The notes below the pieces were generated by a model, which did no database searches, was not told the DNA's origin, and saw nothing but the letters and a program-made list of their open reading frames with translations. A program made the position numbers and the translations under genes. A DNA stretch of 64,000 bases, taken from assembly GCA_951406725.2 (NCBI GenBank), contig OX597819.1:59272001-59336000 (forward strand), given 5' to 3'. Source of the stretch: Octopus vulgaris. Taxonomy: Eukaryota. Positions 52,800 to 64,000 of the stretch are shown here, one piece after another; positions within the stretch are counted from its first letter, which is position 1; each line of letters starts with the position of its first letter.

Positions 52800-53165
52800 T
52801 ATAAAAGATATTTAGAGAGAACTCGTGTAAATACACGACAGTTCTTAGCGACTGCTTAGTAGAATGAAACGAAGCAGGTGTACTAGTAGTGTCCTAGAAC
52901 TAGCTGCTGTTGTATGTACTACGGCTGCAGTTATTAATTCACATTGGCTGGCAACTGTGAGGGAGCTAACGGCGGAGGAGGCAGGAACGATGTTCTCGCT
53001 ACTGATCTCACGCACTGTCTTAGCTCAGTTGCTATTTGAAAGTGTCGCCATGTTGGACATTAAGCGAGTGCTTAATCCCCCCTCGCCCTCCCTTATTACC
53101 AAAGCAGGACAAGCTAAAAGGAAAGAGAGAGGTTCGCTCAGCTGAGCAGCCCCCACTTTGGCATA
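52800..53165. promoter_or_regulatory. Second CpG/GC-rich element in intron 1 (possible alternative promoter or enhancer)
   Basis: YY1 consensus CGCCATGTT (53046-53054), reverse CCAAT (52943-52947) and C-rich GC-box-like tract (53077-53092). CpG retained; no recognisable repeat. Confidence 0.45.
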
Positions 53166-54053
53166 GCTTCAGAAGGAACAATATTACATCTTACTGGAAA
53201 TATAGAACAGAACCCAACTGAAACTTCCTATATTAACACAGTGAAAAACTACCCCCATCTTTAACAGATTTTGTACATTAATAAATCAACACTCCACCAA
53301 TTCGTCAGTAACACAAGTAATACGATACCGCGCCATCAGAAAACATGGTATTATAGACGAACAAAATTCCTTCTCATTTACCATCTAGACAATATATATA
53401 TATATATATATAGATAGATACATGGCTATTTTTCTATCATTTCTCTATGAGTAGAATACAATCAATACATTATAAAATGTAACGTTCATTATGAGTAGTG
53501 AATGGATGATCGATTTCTGCTTGATTAGTCAATTGAGACAACCTGATAATTTATAAATGTAGCGAATACTTGAAGCTTACAATGTAATAAATACTACAAC
53601 ATCAAGAAGCTTCTTGAAGAGCATATAACGTCTGGCATCCACGAGAATTTCAAAGTACCATGTTGCATTTACAAGGGTCATTTATCGATAGTTCAATCAA
53701 TAAAAACTAAAAACTATTCTTAACTGCTACAAGCATTCATTAAGATCCAATTAATGTTATTATTCTAAACGTCTACTCTAATCTAATCGTGATGGGCTAT
53801 CCAAGTTTAGAACGAAAGTTTTCATTATAAATCGATACGATTTATATCTAGGAATGTACTCTTATCAAGATTACATGTCACTTCCCCTGAGAACATCTTG
53901 TAATAAAAAAATAAATTAATAGTCGATAAATTTTTACTGATCAAGATTCTAAAATACTTTGATGACAAGATTGTTAATAACTTGTCAATCACTTAATTAT
54001 ACACACCATTGTGTTTGTATATATATATATATATGTATGGGTATGTATGTAAG

Positions 54054-54095
<42 letters not shown>

Positions 54096-54358
54096 TATCC
54101 AGAGAAAGCAAAAGAATCTGGAGAAGAATTATTACACACTGTCCTAGTTCACGTGTCGACGTAATTTTATCTCAGCTACTGGGTCATCAGTCCAATATGG
54201 TTATGCTTACGAGCAAATTACAAAAGAGAAATAATATATATCAGTAAAGTGTTCGGCACCATCAAATTAAATACATTAGACACTGCAAGACTAGACATCT
54301 TTATCGTGCAGAAAAAAAAAGAATGATGCATATCGAAATGTTTATTAGTTATTTCTTA

Positions 54359-54362
<4 letters not shown>

Positions 54363-54404
<42 letters not shown>
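54363..54404. repeat. (TA)n microsatellite
   Basis: Direct inspection. A compound (TA)n/(CA)n tract also lies at ~54018-54096. Confidence 0.95.
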
Positions 54405-54410
<6 letters not shown>

Positions 54411-55302
54411 GACACCTGTTTATATTTCTCAATTCAAACAATCTGACTTTTGACAATTGCAAGACACTCATAATAATGACAGAGATTTGGGCTGTGGAAA
54501 AGATTTCGCCAATACCTTCATACGAGAGCAGGTATCTATCTGCATATGTTTATCAGAAATGCAGGGAGATTTTTTTTTCCCCCCATTCGACATCAGTCGT
54601 GTGATCCAAATCACATCGATAATTTAAATTTAAAACGATCAGTCTAAGGAAGCAAATACAATTGTACTAATGAATAATATATAGTGCAAGGTGTATAAGT
54701 ATGTGCGCACGCGTATGCACACACACAAACATAGCAGGATATATGCACATAAATATATCCAGATATATATGCAATATATGTAAATACACACACATATATA
54801 TGAATGTATGTCCGGATTCTTAGATGAATGTATATATTGTATGATGTATTGCATGTGTGTATGTATAATCATATAAATAAAAGCACACAAATATATCTCT
54901 AAATAAATCGTAGCAATCTAAAGCATTTCAAATGCAATTGTAGCTAACAAACGAAGTAAAACAAAATAGCTTTCAATATTACATGATCGTGTGGTATTAG
55001 AACACTTGTTGGAGTGATAGATAAATGTAATCTACGTTTCAATACAATAGCGGGTTCGACAGTTTCTCATAACGGTTTCATACATTGATTGAGACATAAT
55101 TTCAAAGAAACAATAGTTGGAACGATTAAACTGCAGTGTAAATCGGTATTCACATTTCATGAGCTAATAAATCATACATAACAGACAGATCTTCATGCCA
55201 AAACATTCGATCTATTTGTCTGATGTTCGCATAGAAACAATAAGAATGTCTGCAACTGAGGTTAAAATTATAAAATCTATATAAATTTATGGATTTGCTT
55301 AC

Positions 55303-55893
55303 CTTGGGAATGAGGCCTTCAGCGGCCTTCTCAGCCGATTTATATAATTCTGCCATGGTAAGTTGTTGGGTAACGCTGAAGGCCGGGTGGTTGGCTGCCA
55401 TCACTAAAATGGTAAGAATTTCGTAAATGGTCACTACAGCCATAGAAGGCATCACCCGTAGTGCTCGTTCCACATTAGCTTCGAGCATTTTGAAGAGAAT
55501 ATTGGAGCATTGGATGTTGGACGAGTACAGCAGAGCTAGTGACAGGGACAGCTTGTTGCGAAGACTTTCCTCGGTCGAGATAGATGGTGATGAAGTATTA
55601 GAAGAACCAGCACCAATAGTACTCGTAGAACCAGAGGATGTGGAACTGTCAGTGTTACTAGCGCTATTGTTGATAGGTGTGTTGGTACTTTTTGCAAGAT
55701 CGATGTGGTTGTTAGCTTTAATTTCGGCATCTCTCAGCCGGTAGTAGTCCTTCTTGCCTAGGTCCTCAAGAAACGTTCCAAGAAAGCGCAACTCGGGCGG
55801 CACACACATATGGAGCAGCCCACACATAATGTCAATCCTCGTATGAGGATTTAACTTTTGAAACCACAAACACACTGTTTCTTTGAACACCAT
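55303..55893 (-). CDS. ZCCHC14: ZCCHC14/ZCCHC2-family protein, coding exon 1 (N-terminal Smaug/ZCCHC2-like domain), 197 codons
   Basis: MVFKETVCLWFQKLNPHTRIDIMCGLLHMCVPPELRFLGTFLEDLGKKDYYRLRDAEIKAN...LRNKLSLSLALL...AANHPAFS matches the ZCCHC14/ZCCHC2 N-terminus (WF...CGLL..C.P.ELRFLG..LEDL..KDY..LRD.E.KAN). Ends ...LIPK at a phase-0 donor AAG|GTAAGC (GT at 55302-55301). Confidence 0.92.
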
Positions 55894-56215
55894 TCTAGCA
55901 GTGATAATGACACTGATGCTGGTGTCGACCCGGGGCCGTCCTTTGTTTCGGCTTGATGCCTCTTTAGACCCTCCTCCGGAGTGACGGCCTCCTCCGTCTC
56001 GTCGTTAACGTTTTACGTCCACGTCCTCGTAAGAGACGCGCTGCTGCTGCGACGGCAGCAGATACTGATAATTGTCACGATTGTTGGAGTGGTTGGGACG
56101 ACTGCAAAAGTAAGTACTGCTAAAATTTCGGTCCATGAAGCGTCGAAGTCGCCATGTCGAGTCTCGCCAGAAATAATCCTCATCCGGGTCCTTAGCTGTT
56201 AACCAATCACAACGC
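55894..56215 (-). promoter_or_regulatory. CpG-rich promoter/5'UTR of the ZCCHC14-like gene
   Basis: High GC/CpG directly upstream of the ATG. NF-Y-type AACCAATCA at 56201-56209 and YY1-like GTCGCCATGT at 56148-56157. Three upstream ATGs at 56183, 56155 and 56136. Confidence 0.7.
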
Positions 56216-58368
56216 GTTACGTCGAATTAGTATGGAAGCACTTGCAGTAACTTGCCAACTACAGTTACCTGTAGAAAGTTTATAATATTAAATTCTTTTC
56301 TCTTTCTCTTTAAGTGAAATAATTAATTAGTTTCAGTTATTTTGAATGATATTTTTTGCAATTTTTTTGTCGTTTTTACTCAACAGAAACAATAAAACGT
56401 ATATCACCTAAAGAAAGAAATCAATTTCTTTTACTGTACGTTTGGTTATCCGTAGCTGCAATGTCAAGATCGTCTTCAAATGACGGTTAAGAAGGAAATG
56501 ATTTGTATGTTAGTCGATCAGAAGTGATGTTCAGCAGAAGTAGACTTGCTTATCCACTTTCAGTTATGAAAATCGCCGAGGTTTATCTGCAACAAAAAGA
56601 AAAAGATAATTTCAGTTATAGTTATTTAAATTTTATATGCATTCCAAGACAAGATTGTTCGTATTCACTTAGCTTCTAGCCTAGTTCCACAATTTCAACA
56701 TGTGCAGTCGTGTCTTTTACATTATTACAGTAATAGGAATTAGAGAAGTCGAGATCAGAGATGCAACTTACAAAATATACGCAAAAAATGTAAACAGTAG
56801 GGTTGTTTTGTAAACAAGTGGGAAAGAATGTTCAGAGTAGCAACAACGTTCCAGTAGCGGGGATTGTATTAAGACATATAATTGCTAACACATCACTTTT
56901 TCATTTTCAAGTGTACACACTTATACCTGAACGGTGTAAGGAGAGATAACAGTGCGAGTGTTTAATGTGTGTATGTACACATATTGTGCAGACTGGTGCT
57001 TATGGCTATATATATACAAATACACGTGTATATTTATTCCAAAATTGATGTTAACTGTTTACATTTGATTCAATTACAATCTGTGTAAGAGTGCGCGCAC
57101 TCGTATAGTGTGTGTGTGTGTGTATGCGCACCCTCCCACCATATATATATATATAGAGAGAGAGAGAGGAACGAAACTCCAGAATAGCAAGAGACTGACA
57201 CTTGACCAATACACACGAACACAATGTTGGTTAATTCGAAAGGGATGAGTGATTAAGACGTCATTGAACAGTGTCTCAGGAAAATATATTTTTTTTATAG
57301 TTTAACTTAAATATCATATCTAAGAAAAACACCTGTAGTAGACTAGCGGCCTATCCAAAGAAATATTTTCGTCAAGCACGACTCTTAAAATTTGTAAAGG
57401 CTTGATACTGGTGATTATTTCCTCTTCTCCAAGAGCAGTATCTGTTGAATGAATAAAATTCCAAAACTAAATCATAATTGATACTGTGAAAGCGTCTCAT
57501 GTAGCTTATTACCAGTTGCGTTATACCAATAAGTAATCATGCCTATGTGTGTTTTACCAAATTGATGAGTGGGTTCCAACAGAAAGATTTGTACCTTATT
57601 TACTTAATAACACAGAGTACAAAGATAAAGAATCACCTTATAAGTACTTGTAGAGTTCATTAAATGAAGTGTGTGTGTATTGAGAGAAATAAAATGATGG
57701 GAGACAAAATATTGCATATTCTTTAAGACAAAAATTTACAATGACTGGGTATAGATTACCAATTTCATCTCAGAATGGAGAGCAACCTAAAAGCTAATGA
57801 GAAAGTCGCTACTGTGTCAATGATAGCCATTATTTAAAGAAGTCAAACTTAGAATCTGTTTTTTCTTCTTTTTCTTCCAATGAGTAAATAAACTGTTTTT
57901 ATGATGATGCAGCAGCACTGATACCTAAGAAGAAATGTTTGAGATGACAACTGGAATTCTTTCACAGTCATAGCCTCCTTTGGTCTTGACATCCAGGACA
58001 TTCCACATATTCTCTTTCCTATTCCAGTGTAGATATCATAGCTGAAACTCAATATCCCATTTATTACTACAATACTTGAGCTTGCAATGTCCAAGTGGAT
58101 GAACAACATCCTGTTTTTTGTGATTAAGGATTTAAGAAGTTCAAACTGTATCTTAGGAAAAACTCAAAAATTTCTTGTTCCATATATTGGGTAAGCAGAA
58201 TAGGTAAGAAGAGAGTAATAATGACAGAATTGTAAAATGTACAACTATTTTGATGTTGACAAATTGCTTAGCTGACTACTGCACCAAGATTAAGTACTCT
58301 CGTACAACACCGTATATTTCTGATCAATGAATTTTTTTTTTTAACTTTCATTATTACTTAATCTAAGA

Positions 58369-58526
58369 CAGTGTTTCCCAATCTGGGATGCTAAAATATA
58401 TTCCAGAGGTTGCTGTGAGTGTATAAGAAAGAGATACAAATTAAAATTTGTTGCAAGGAGGAGTGCTGGCTAATTCAAATTGTCATCAAAAGGGTTGTTG
58501 GACTAACAAAAGGTTGAAAAATACCA
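58369..58526. mobile_element. Short Charlie/Buster-type MITE
   Basis: Starts CAGTGTTTCCCAA, the same as the 11571 TIR. 8-bp TSD ATCTAAGA at 58361-58368 and 58527-58534. Confidence 0.65.
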
Positions 58527-59130
58527 ATCTAAGAGAACAGTAAACAATAGAATTAATAGAGCAGATATGTCTTGTAGTTTTTAACAGTATCCTTTTATAT
58601 TCTGCATAGATCAACATTTTTCATTCATCCTTCTAAAATAATTACTAGTCAGAAACTGATTTAATTAACTGCTCTATTTTTTTAAAAATCCACACATGTG
58701 TTAGAAATCATAACTTTAATTACAAAGGACAAAAAACTCACAATGGATTTATAGCTTTCTAAAGGATGGATAGAAATGATTGAGTAAGGCTAGTACATAA
58801 GTGTTTTAAGATAGTAGAGATGGTAAAATGAAAGGCCAGAAGGAAGTTCCAAAGAGATGGAAGCTGTCCGGTGATGGATTAGACAGTACAGTCTAGTAAA
58901 TCAGTAAGAGCTACATGAGGACATGTATGTGTTTGGTAACTAAAGAAAATATTTTACGTAACCAGCTCTGTTAATCAGTAATTATCAACTAGAAGTCCAT
59001 ATGGCCCTTGAGGGTCCATATAAGGCTTTGCTGTTAAAATTTGTGCAATAAATTGCTTGTACTCCTACAATACACAAAACATTTTAATTATTTTTTATAT
59101 TTAACAATAAAATTACAGTAAGATTTTTTG

Positions 59131-59509
59131 GGGCATGTAAAAAGCACCAACTGAATGTGACCAATACCAGTACCCCACAACTGGCTCTTGTGCCAATGGC
59201 ATGTAAAAAGCACCATCTGAACGTGGCTGATGCCAGTACCCACTGACTGGCCTCTGTGCCGGTGACACGTAAAAAGCACAATCCGAACATGGTCAATGCC
59301 AGGCCCGCCTGACTGGCTCCTGTGCCATTGGCATGTAAAAAGCACCCACTACACTCTCGGAGTGGTTGGCGTTAGGAAGGGCATCCAGCTGTAGAAACAT
59401 TGCCAGATCAGATTGGAGCATGGTGCAGCTGCTGGCTCTTCAGACCTCAGTCAAACCATCCAACCCATGCCAGATTGGAAAACGGATGTTAAACCATGAT
59501 GATGATGAT
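59131..59509 (+). repeat. RTE-tail/SINE repeat with ~66-bp tandem units
   Basis: GGCATGTAAAAAGCAC recurs at ~59132, 59198, 59263 and 59330. Ends in (GAT)n. Confidence 0.8.
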
Positions 59510-60404
59510 TGAATGACTATGAGGATCCAATGGAGAAAATAAGAATCAAAGGGGTCCACAGGCAACAAACAGTTGAACCACTGGTTTAGTTGATCAGTAA
59601 CAATACACTTCTAATATAAAGATGCATTAAACAAGTTTATTTGCAACCATTTGTTATGAAGACCACCCCTAATCCTATGATATAAGCTTTGTTTTGAAGT
59701 GATTTACATTAAAAACTTCCATTAAAACTGCATAGCAATTTGCCAAACATCAAATCAATAATCCTTTCTACCGTAAGCACAAGGCCTGGAATTTGGGGGC
59801 GGAGAAGTTAGTTGCAGACATCAACTTCTAGTGCTCAGCTGATGGTTATTTTATTGACCCTGAAAGGATGTAAAGTGAAGTCAACCTTGGGAGTATTTTG
59901 AACTCAATGCAAAGCTGAAAGAAACATCTCAAAGCATTTTGTCCAGTATTCTAATGATTATGCTAATGATTAGGCTACCTTACACCAAATTATTAATGAT
60001 AGTTATTTTACTAAATTCTTCACCATTTACAAAATCAATTAAAACAAAGGTAGTGTACATTATTTACATTTGATGGATATTTGTCCTCATCATGTTTGTT
60101 TCTGAAATAATGTACATAATTCCTCATCTCTTAAATATAGAACTGAAAGATAGTGTATTTCAACTGAAATATAGTAGCAAAAGTGTTTAATACTAAAACC
60201 CCAAAATATTCTTTTACTACTTTCACTAGCTGGACTGTCACTATGATGAGGCACTGCCTACAGGTAGCTATATTTGTTTTATTCTGTTCTGAGCTGCATT
60301 GTATATCAAGTTGTCTAAGTTTCAGCAACATAATTGTCTATGAGGAAAGGTTGCTAGCCCTTCACTCAATAGATACTGTGAGTGATCTCCCTTAACCCTT
60401 CTTA

Positions 60405-60633
60405 TTTCTTTATTGCTCACAAGGGGCTAAACATAAAAGAGACAAACAAGGACAGACAAACGGATTAAGTCGATTGCTTCGACTCCAGTGCGTAACTGGT
60501 ACTTAATTTATCGACCCCGAAAGGATGAAAGGCAAAGTCGACTTTGGCAGAATTTGAACTCCTAACGTAACGGCAGTTGAAATACTGCTAAGCATTTTGC
60601 CCAGCGTGCTAACAATTCTGCCAGCTCACCGCC
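60405..60633 (-). mobile_element. Same tRNA-derived SINE family, with TSD
   Basis: Reverse complement of the 1003-1250 family. 13-bp TSD TTAACCCTTCTTA (60392-60404 and 60634-60646). Confidence 0.88.
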
Positions 60634-60956
60634 TTAACCCTTCTTAGCACAACCTGGTCAATTCCAAGAGAGCGAGATAGAATTGACTCCGTTACTTGAC
60701 TGATACTTTATTTACCAATACTGAAAGAATGAAAGGTAAAGTCAACCTGAGTAGGATTACAATTCAGAGCCTAGAGAGCCAGAACAAATACCATAATGTA
60801 TTCTATTCAATGCTTTAATGACTGTCAATTTGCTTTCAAAGCTTTAGTTGATGATACTGCCCTCAGTACATATTTTATCAATCTCTGTTTATCGAAGCAT
60901 TATGTAATGGAACATAAAACATGATAACACAGACACTAATTTTTAGACTGGCTTAA

Positions 60957-61176
60957 CCCTTTAGTGTTCAAATTATTCTGTTAAATGTAATACATTTCCA
61001 CTCAAATTGTTTTGAATTAATCATGAATTATCTTATAGCTTTGAGGTTTCAATGATGTGATTGTTTATTTTTAGAATGTCACTGTAGGTTAAGTGTGAGA
61101 GACTAGATATGGCCAGTTTGAATATAAAACAAGTAGAATATCTGGGCCGGATATGACCAGTTTAAACACTAAAGGG
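60957..61176. mobile_element. piggyBac-like MITE (220 bp)
   Basis: TTAA TSDs; TIR CCCTTTAGTGTT / AACACTAAAGGG. Confidence 0.85.
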
Positions 61177-62218
61177 TTAAACATACACAGACAAAAACAT
61201 GTTCATACATCAATATATATACACACAAACAAGCAAAAACCCAGGAGCTAATGCCCAAGAAAGAAATCGAAACTTTCACTAATGAAAGCACAGTGGCAGT
61301 AGATAAAACAATAGATAAACAGATTAAATGCATTTAGTTTTGTCCCTGGAGATCTTGAGTTCAAATCTGGCTAGAATCAACTTTCCTTTTAATACTATTT
61401 AGGTCAATTTCATTGACAATACTCATCCACTACAGAGTATTGGCCTTCAGCGTGTGTAAGAAATCAGTATTTTGATTAAAGATAAAGATTGAAATTCCAT
61501 TGTAGAAAAGTAAATTTCCTGTGTAGATCATCAAAAAACAAAATGTTAAAAACAGTAAGAAAGAATTTTACAAAATAAGCTTCAAGTATAATATATTTCT
61601 AAAATGTGCTACATGATCTATTTTGCAAGAACCAAGATAAAAAAGAAAAATTTAGAAAGCCTAACATTTTCAAAAATTGGTGACTTCTTTTTTTTTTAAG
61701 AAAAGATGCAGATTGAAAATTAATATTATGTAGTCAGTGCACCAAAAAGTGCACAAGTGGAATTTCAAATTAGCTGACAATTAATGAATATTTGAAATGC
61801 ACAAGTGCAGTGAAAGGCATAAATAGTTAAATACTAAGGCCAATGGAATGCAGAAATGGTTCACTGGATGTTTATGTTAAGTGTGTGCTTGTGTATATGC
61901 TAAATGCAGAATTAATGATTGTTTAATATGATCTAGAATGTTTAGAAAACAGAAATTTTGGAACTTTTTACCTTTACTAATCGCAAAGGATCTCTTTTTC
62001 ACTGAGAAGGTAACTAGTATAAAAAGCTAGATGAATACAACAATTATATTAGATACAATGAGAGCAAAATGTTCCTAGTAATGCAGCAGAATAAGCGGAA
62101 CATGATTCACTTAAAGTATCATGTAAATACATGTCAGAAACATCAAGGAACAACTGTAATAGTTTAACATATACTATGAGAAATTAAAATAAAGTGAGTG
62201 AAAAATGTCCAGACGATA

Positions 62219-62584
62219 GGTGTAGGAGTGGCTGTGTGGTAAGTAGCTTGCTTACCAACCACATTCAGTCCCATTGCATGGTGCCTTGGGCAAGTGTCTT
62301 CTACTATAGCCTCGGGCCAACCAAAGCCTTGTGAGTGGATTTGGTAGACGGAAACTGAAAGAAGCCCGTCGTATGTGTGTGTGTGTGTTTGTTCCCCCAA
62401 CATCGCTTGACAACCGATGCTGGTGTGTTTAGGTCTCTGTAACTTAGTGGTTCGGCAAAAGAGACCGATAGAATAAGTACTAGGCTTACAAAGAATAAGG
62501 CCTGGGATTGATTCGCTCGACTAAAGGCAGTGCTTCAGCATGGCCACAGTCAAATGACTGAAACAAGTAAAAGAGTAAAAGAGA
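62219..62584 (+). mobile_element. CORE-type tRNA-derived SINE
   Basis: GGAGTGGCTGTGTGGTAAG head, CCTTGGGCAAGTG core, internal (GT)n, tail CAGCATGGCCACAGTCAAATGACTGAAACAAGTAAAAGAG. Confidence 0.85.
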
Positions 62585-62618
62585 TAGTCAAGAAGTGGTT
62601 TAATATAATCTGTTGAAA

Positions 62619-62831
62619 GGCAAAAAGGCAGTGAGCTGGCAGAAATGTTAGCACGCCGGGTGAAAAGCTTAGCGTTATTTCATCCATCTTTACATTCTGA
62701 GTTCACATTCCGCCGAGGCCAACTTTGCCTTTCATCCTTTCGGGTTCGATAAATTAAGTACCAGTTGCATACTGGGGTCAATCTAATCGACTGGCCTCCT
62801 CCCCCAAAATTTCGGGCCTAGAGTAGAAAAG
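62619..62831 (+). mobile_element. Same tRNA-derived SINE family, with TSD
   Basis: A and B boxes present. 17-bp TSD AATATAATCTGTTGAAA (62602-62618 and 62832-62848). Confidence 0.88.
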
Positions 62832-64000
62832 AATATAATCTGTTGAAAATTAACTAAAACATGGATGATGAAAAATAGGAATGAATATCGATTTCAAACT
62901 TTGGTGTAAGACCAGCAATTTTGGGGAAAAAACTGGTACTTATTTTATTGACCCCAAAAGGATAAAAAGCAAAGTTTACCTTGGCAGAATTTGAACTCAG
63001 GAAATAAAGAAGGATGAAATGTTGATAAGCAATTTGTCCAGTATGCTAGCATTTCTGCCAGTTAACCATCTTAATAAAAATGAATATTAAATCAATAATT
63101 ATTACAGTAGTATATTGATGCTATCGTTTTTATGGGTTTGTTTTCTTTTAATAATAATCATTTTTTTTATATGCATAGAAAGCCATACGTTTTGTGGGGG
63201 AATTGAGTCAATTTAATTGACACCAATACTACATGGGTACTTACTTTATTGACTCTGGAAGAATGAAAGACAAAGTAGACTCCAGCAGAATTTGAACTCA
63301 AAATAAAAAAGGATAATAATGATTTGGTACAAATCCATTTTGTTGGAGTTGGGTTGCCAAGAGCTAAACTCTTCATGGCATACTTACTTGGAAGCAGTAC
63401 AGAAAGCGCCAGAGAAAATATGATGTAGTGACACAGCACCAAATAAAATCACTGTAAACTGATGTGTATAGAGTTGCTTAAATGGTTACAGTGTCAAAAT
63501 AAATATGCTATATGAATAAAAGAGAATGCAACTGTTGTAAACACAGAAATGTAACTGACATTGATTCCAATCCAACTGTCAAGATCATAACCTGCATAAA
63601 TGGATTATTAGAAATAGGAGATCAGCTCTGTTACTTAGCATATCTAATCAGTGTTGTTCCAGGTGAAGTAAACTATCTAAAGTTAATAATGGTTGACAGA
63701 AGTTAGAGAACTTCTGGATATATTAGCCATTAAGAGATTATAACTGCACACTACTTGAGTGTAATCTGAGCAATCCCCCCCGAAAAAAAACCATGTAAAT
63801 GTTAAATTTGGTTGAAACTGTTTTCCTAATCTAAAACTTCTAAGGTATCAAAGTGTTTTAATTTTAACCAATTTATACATTGAAAACTTTAGTTGTTGGT
63901 ATATGACTTTTGCATTTAAACTGCCCAACTATTTTACCTGTGTTAGCCCCGCTCACGTACCCAACAATGTCATTCTAAAAATAAACATACATATTATTGA

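Noticed and set aside
55150-55302. Last 50 codons of the 247-aa ORF (VSKSINLY...HEM)
   Set aside because: They lie beyond a strong AAG|GTAAGC donor and have intron-like composition; read-through into the intron.
55427-55744. 105-aa plus-strand ORF and 64-aa alternative-frame ORF
   Set aside because: Shadow ORFs of exon 1.
56160-56176. CUGGC (CNGGN) Smaug/ZCCHC14-type loop in the leader, suggesting autoregulation
   Set aside because: The flanking stem is only 3 weak pairs (mostly G-U) and may lie upstream of the TSS.
59131-59345. Regularly spaced repeats resembling a CRISPR array
   Set aside because: The 'spacers' are similar to each other, the unit is part of a dispersed retroposon tail, the context is eukaryotic and there are no cas genes.

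Overview
AT-rich, repeat-dense eukaryotic DNA. The SINE, RTE-LINE and MITE families resemble those of Octopus (coleoid cephalopod); this is inferred from repeat content only. One host gene is supported: the 5' part of a minus-strand ZCCHC14/ZCCHC2-family gene. It has three coding exons (55893-55303, 18332-18215, 4123-4053) that splice in frame via canonical GT-AG sites across introns of ~37 kb and ~14 kb, and it continues beyond position 1. Its CpG-rich promoter and 5'UTR (~55.9-56.2 kb) carry CCAAT and YY1-like motifs and three uORFs, one in frame with the main ORF and separated from it by a single TAA. The introns and upstream region contain decayed mobile elements: a full-length hAT/Buster transposon, a mellifera-type mariner, autonomous-type and non-autonomous Helitrons, RTE LINE fragments (with a PHD-like finger inside the RT), tRNA-derived SINEs and several MITEs. 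No prokaryotic-type system, CRISPR array or RNA gene is supported. Coordinates of decayed repeats are approximate.
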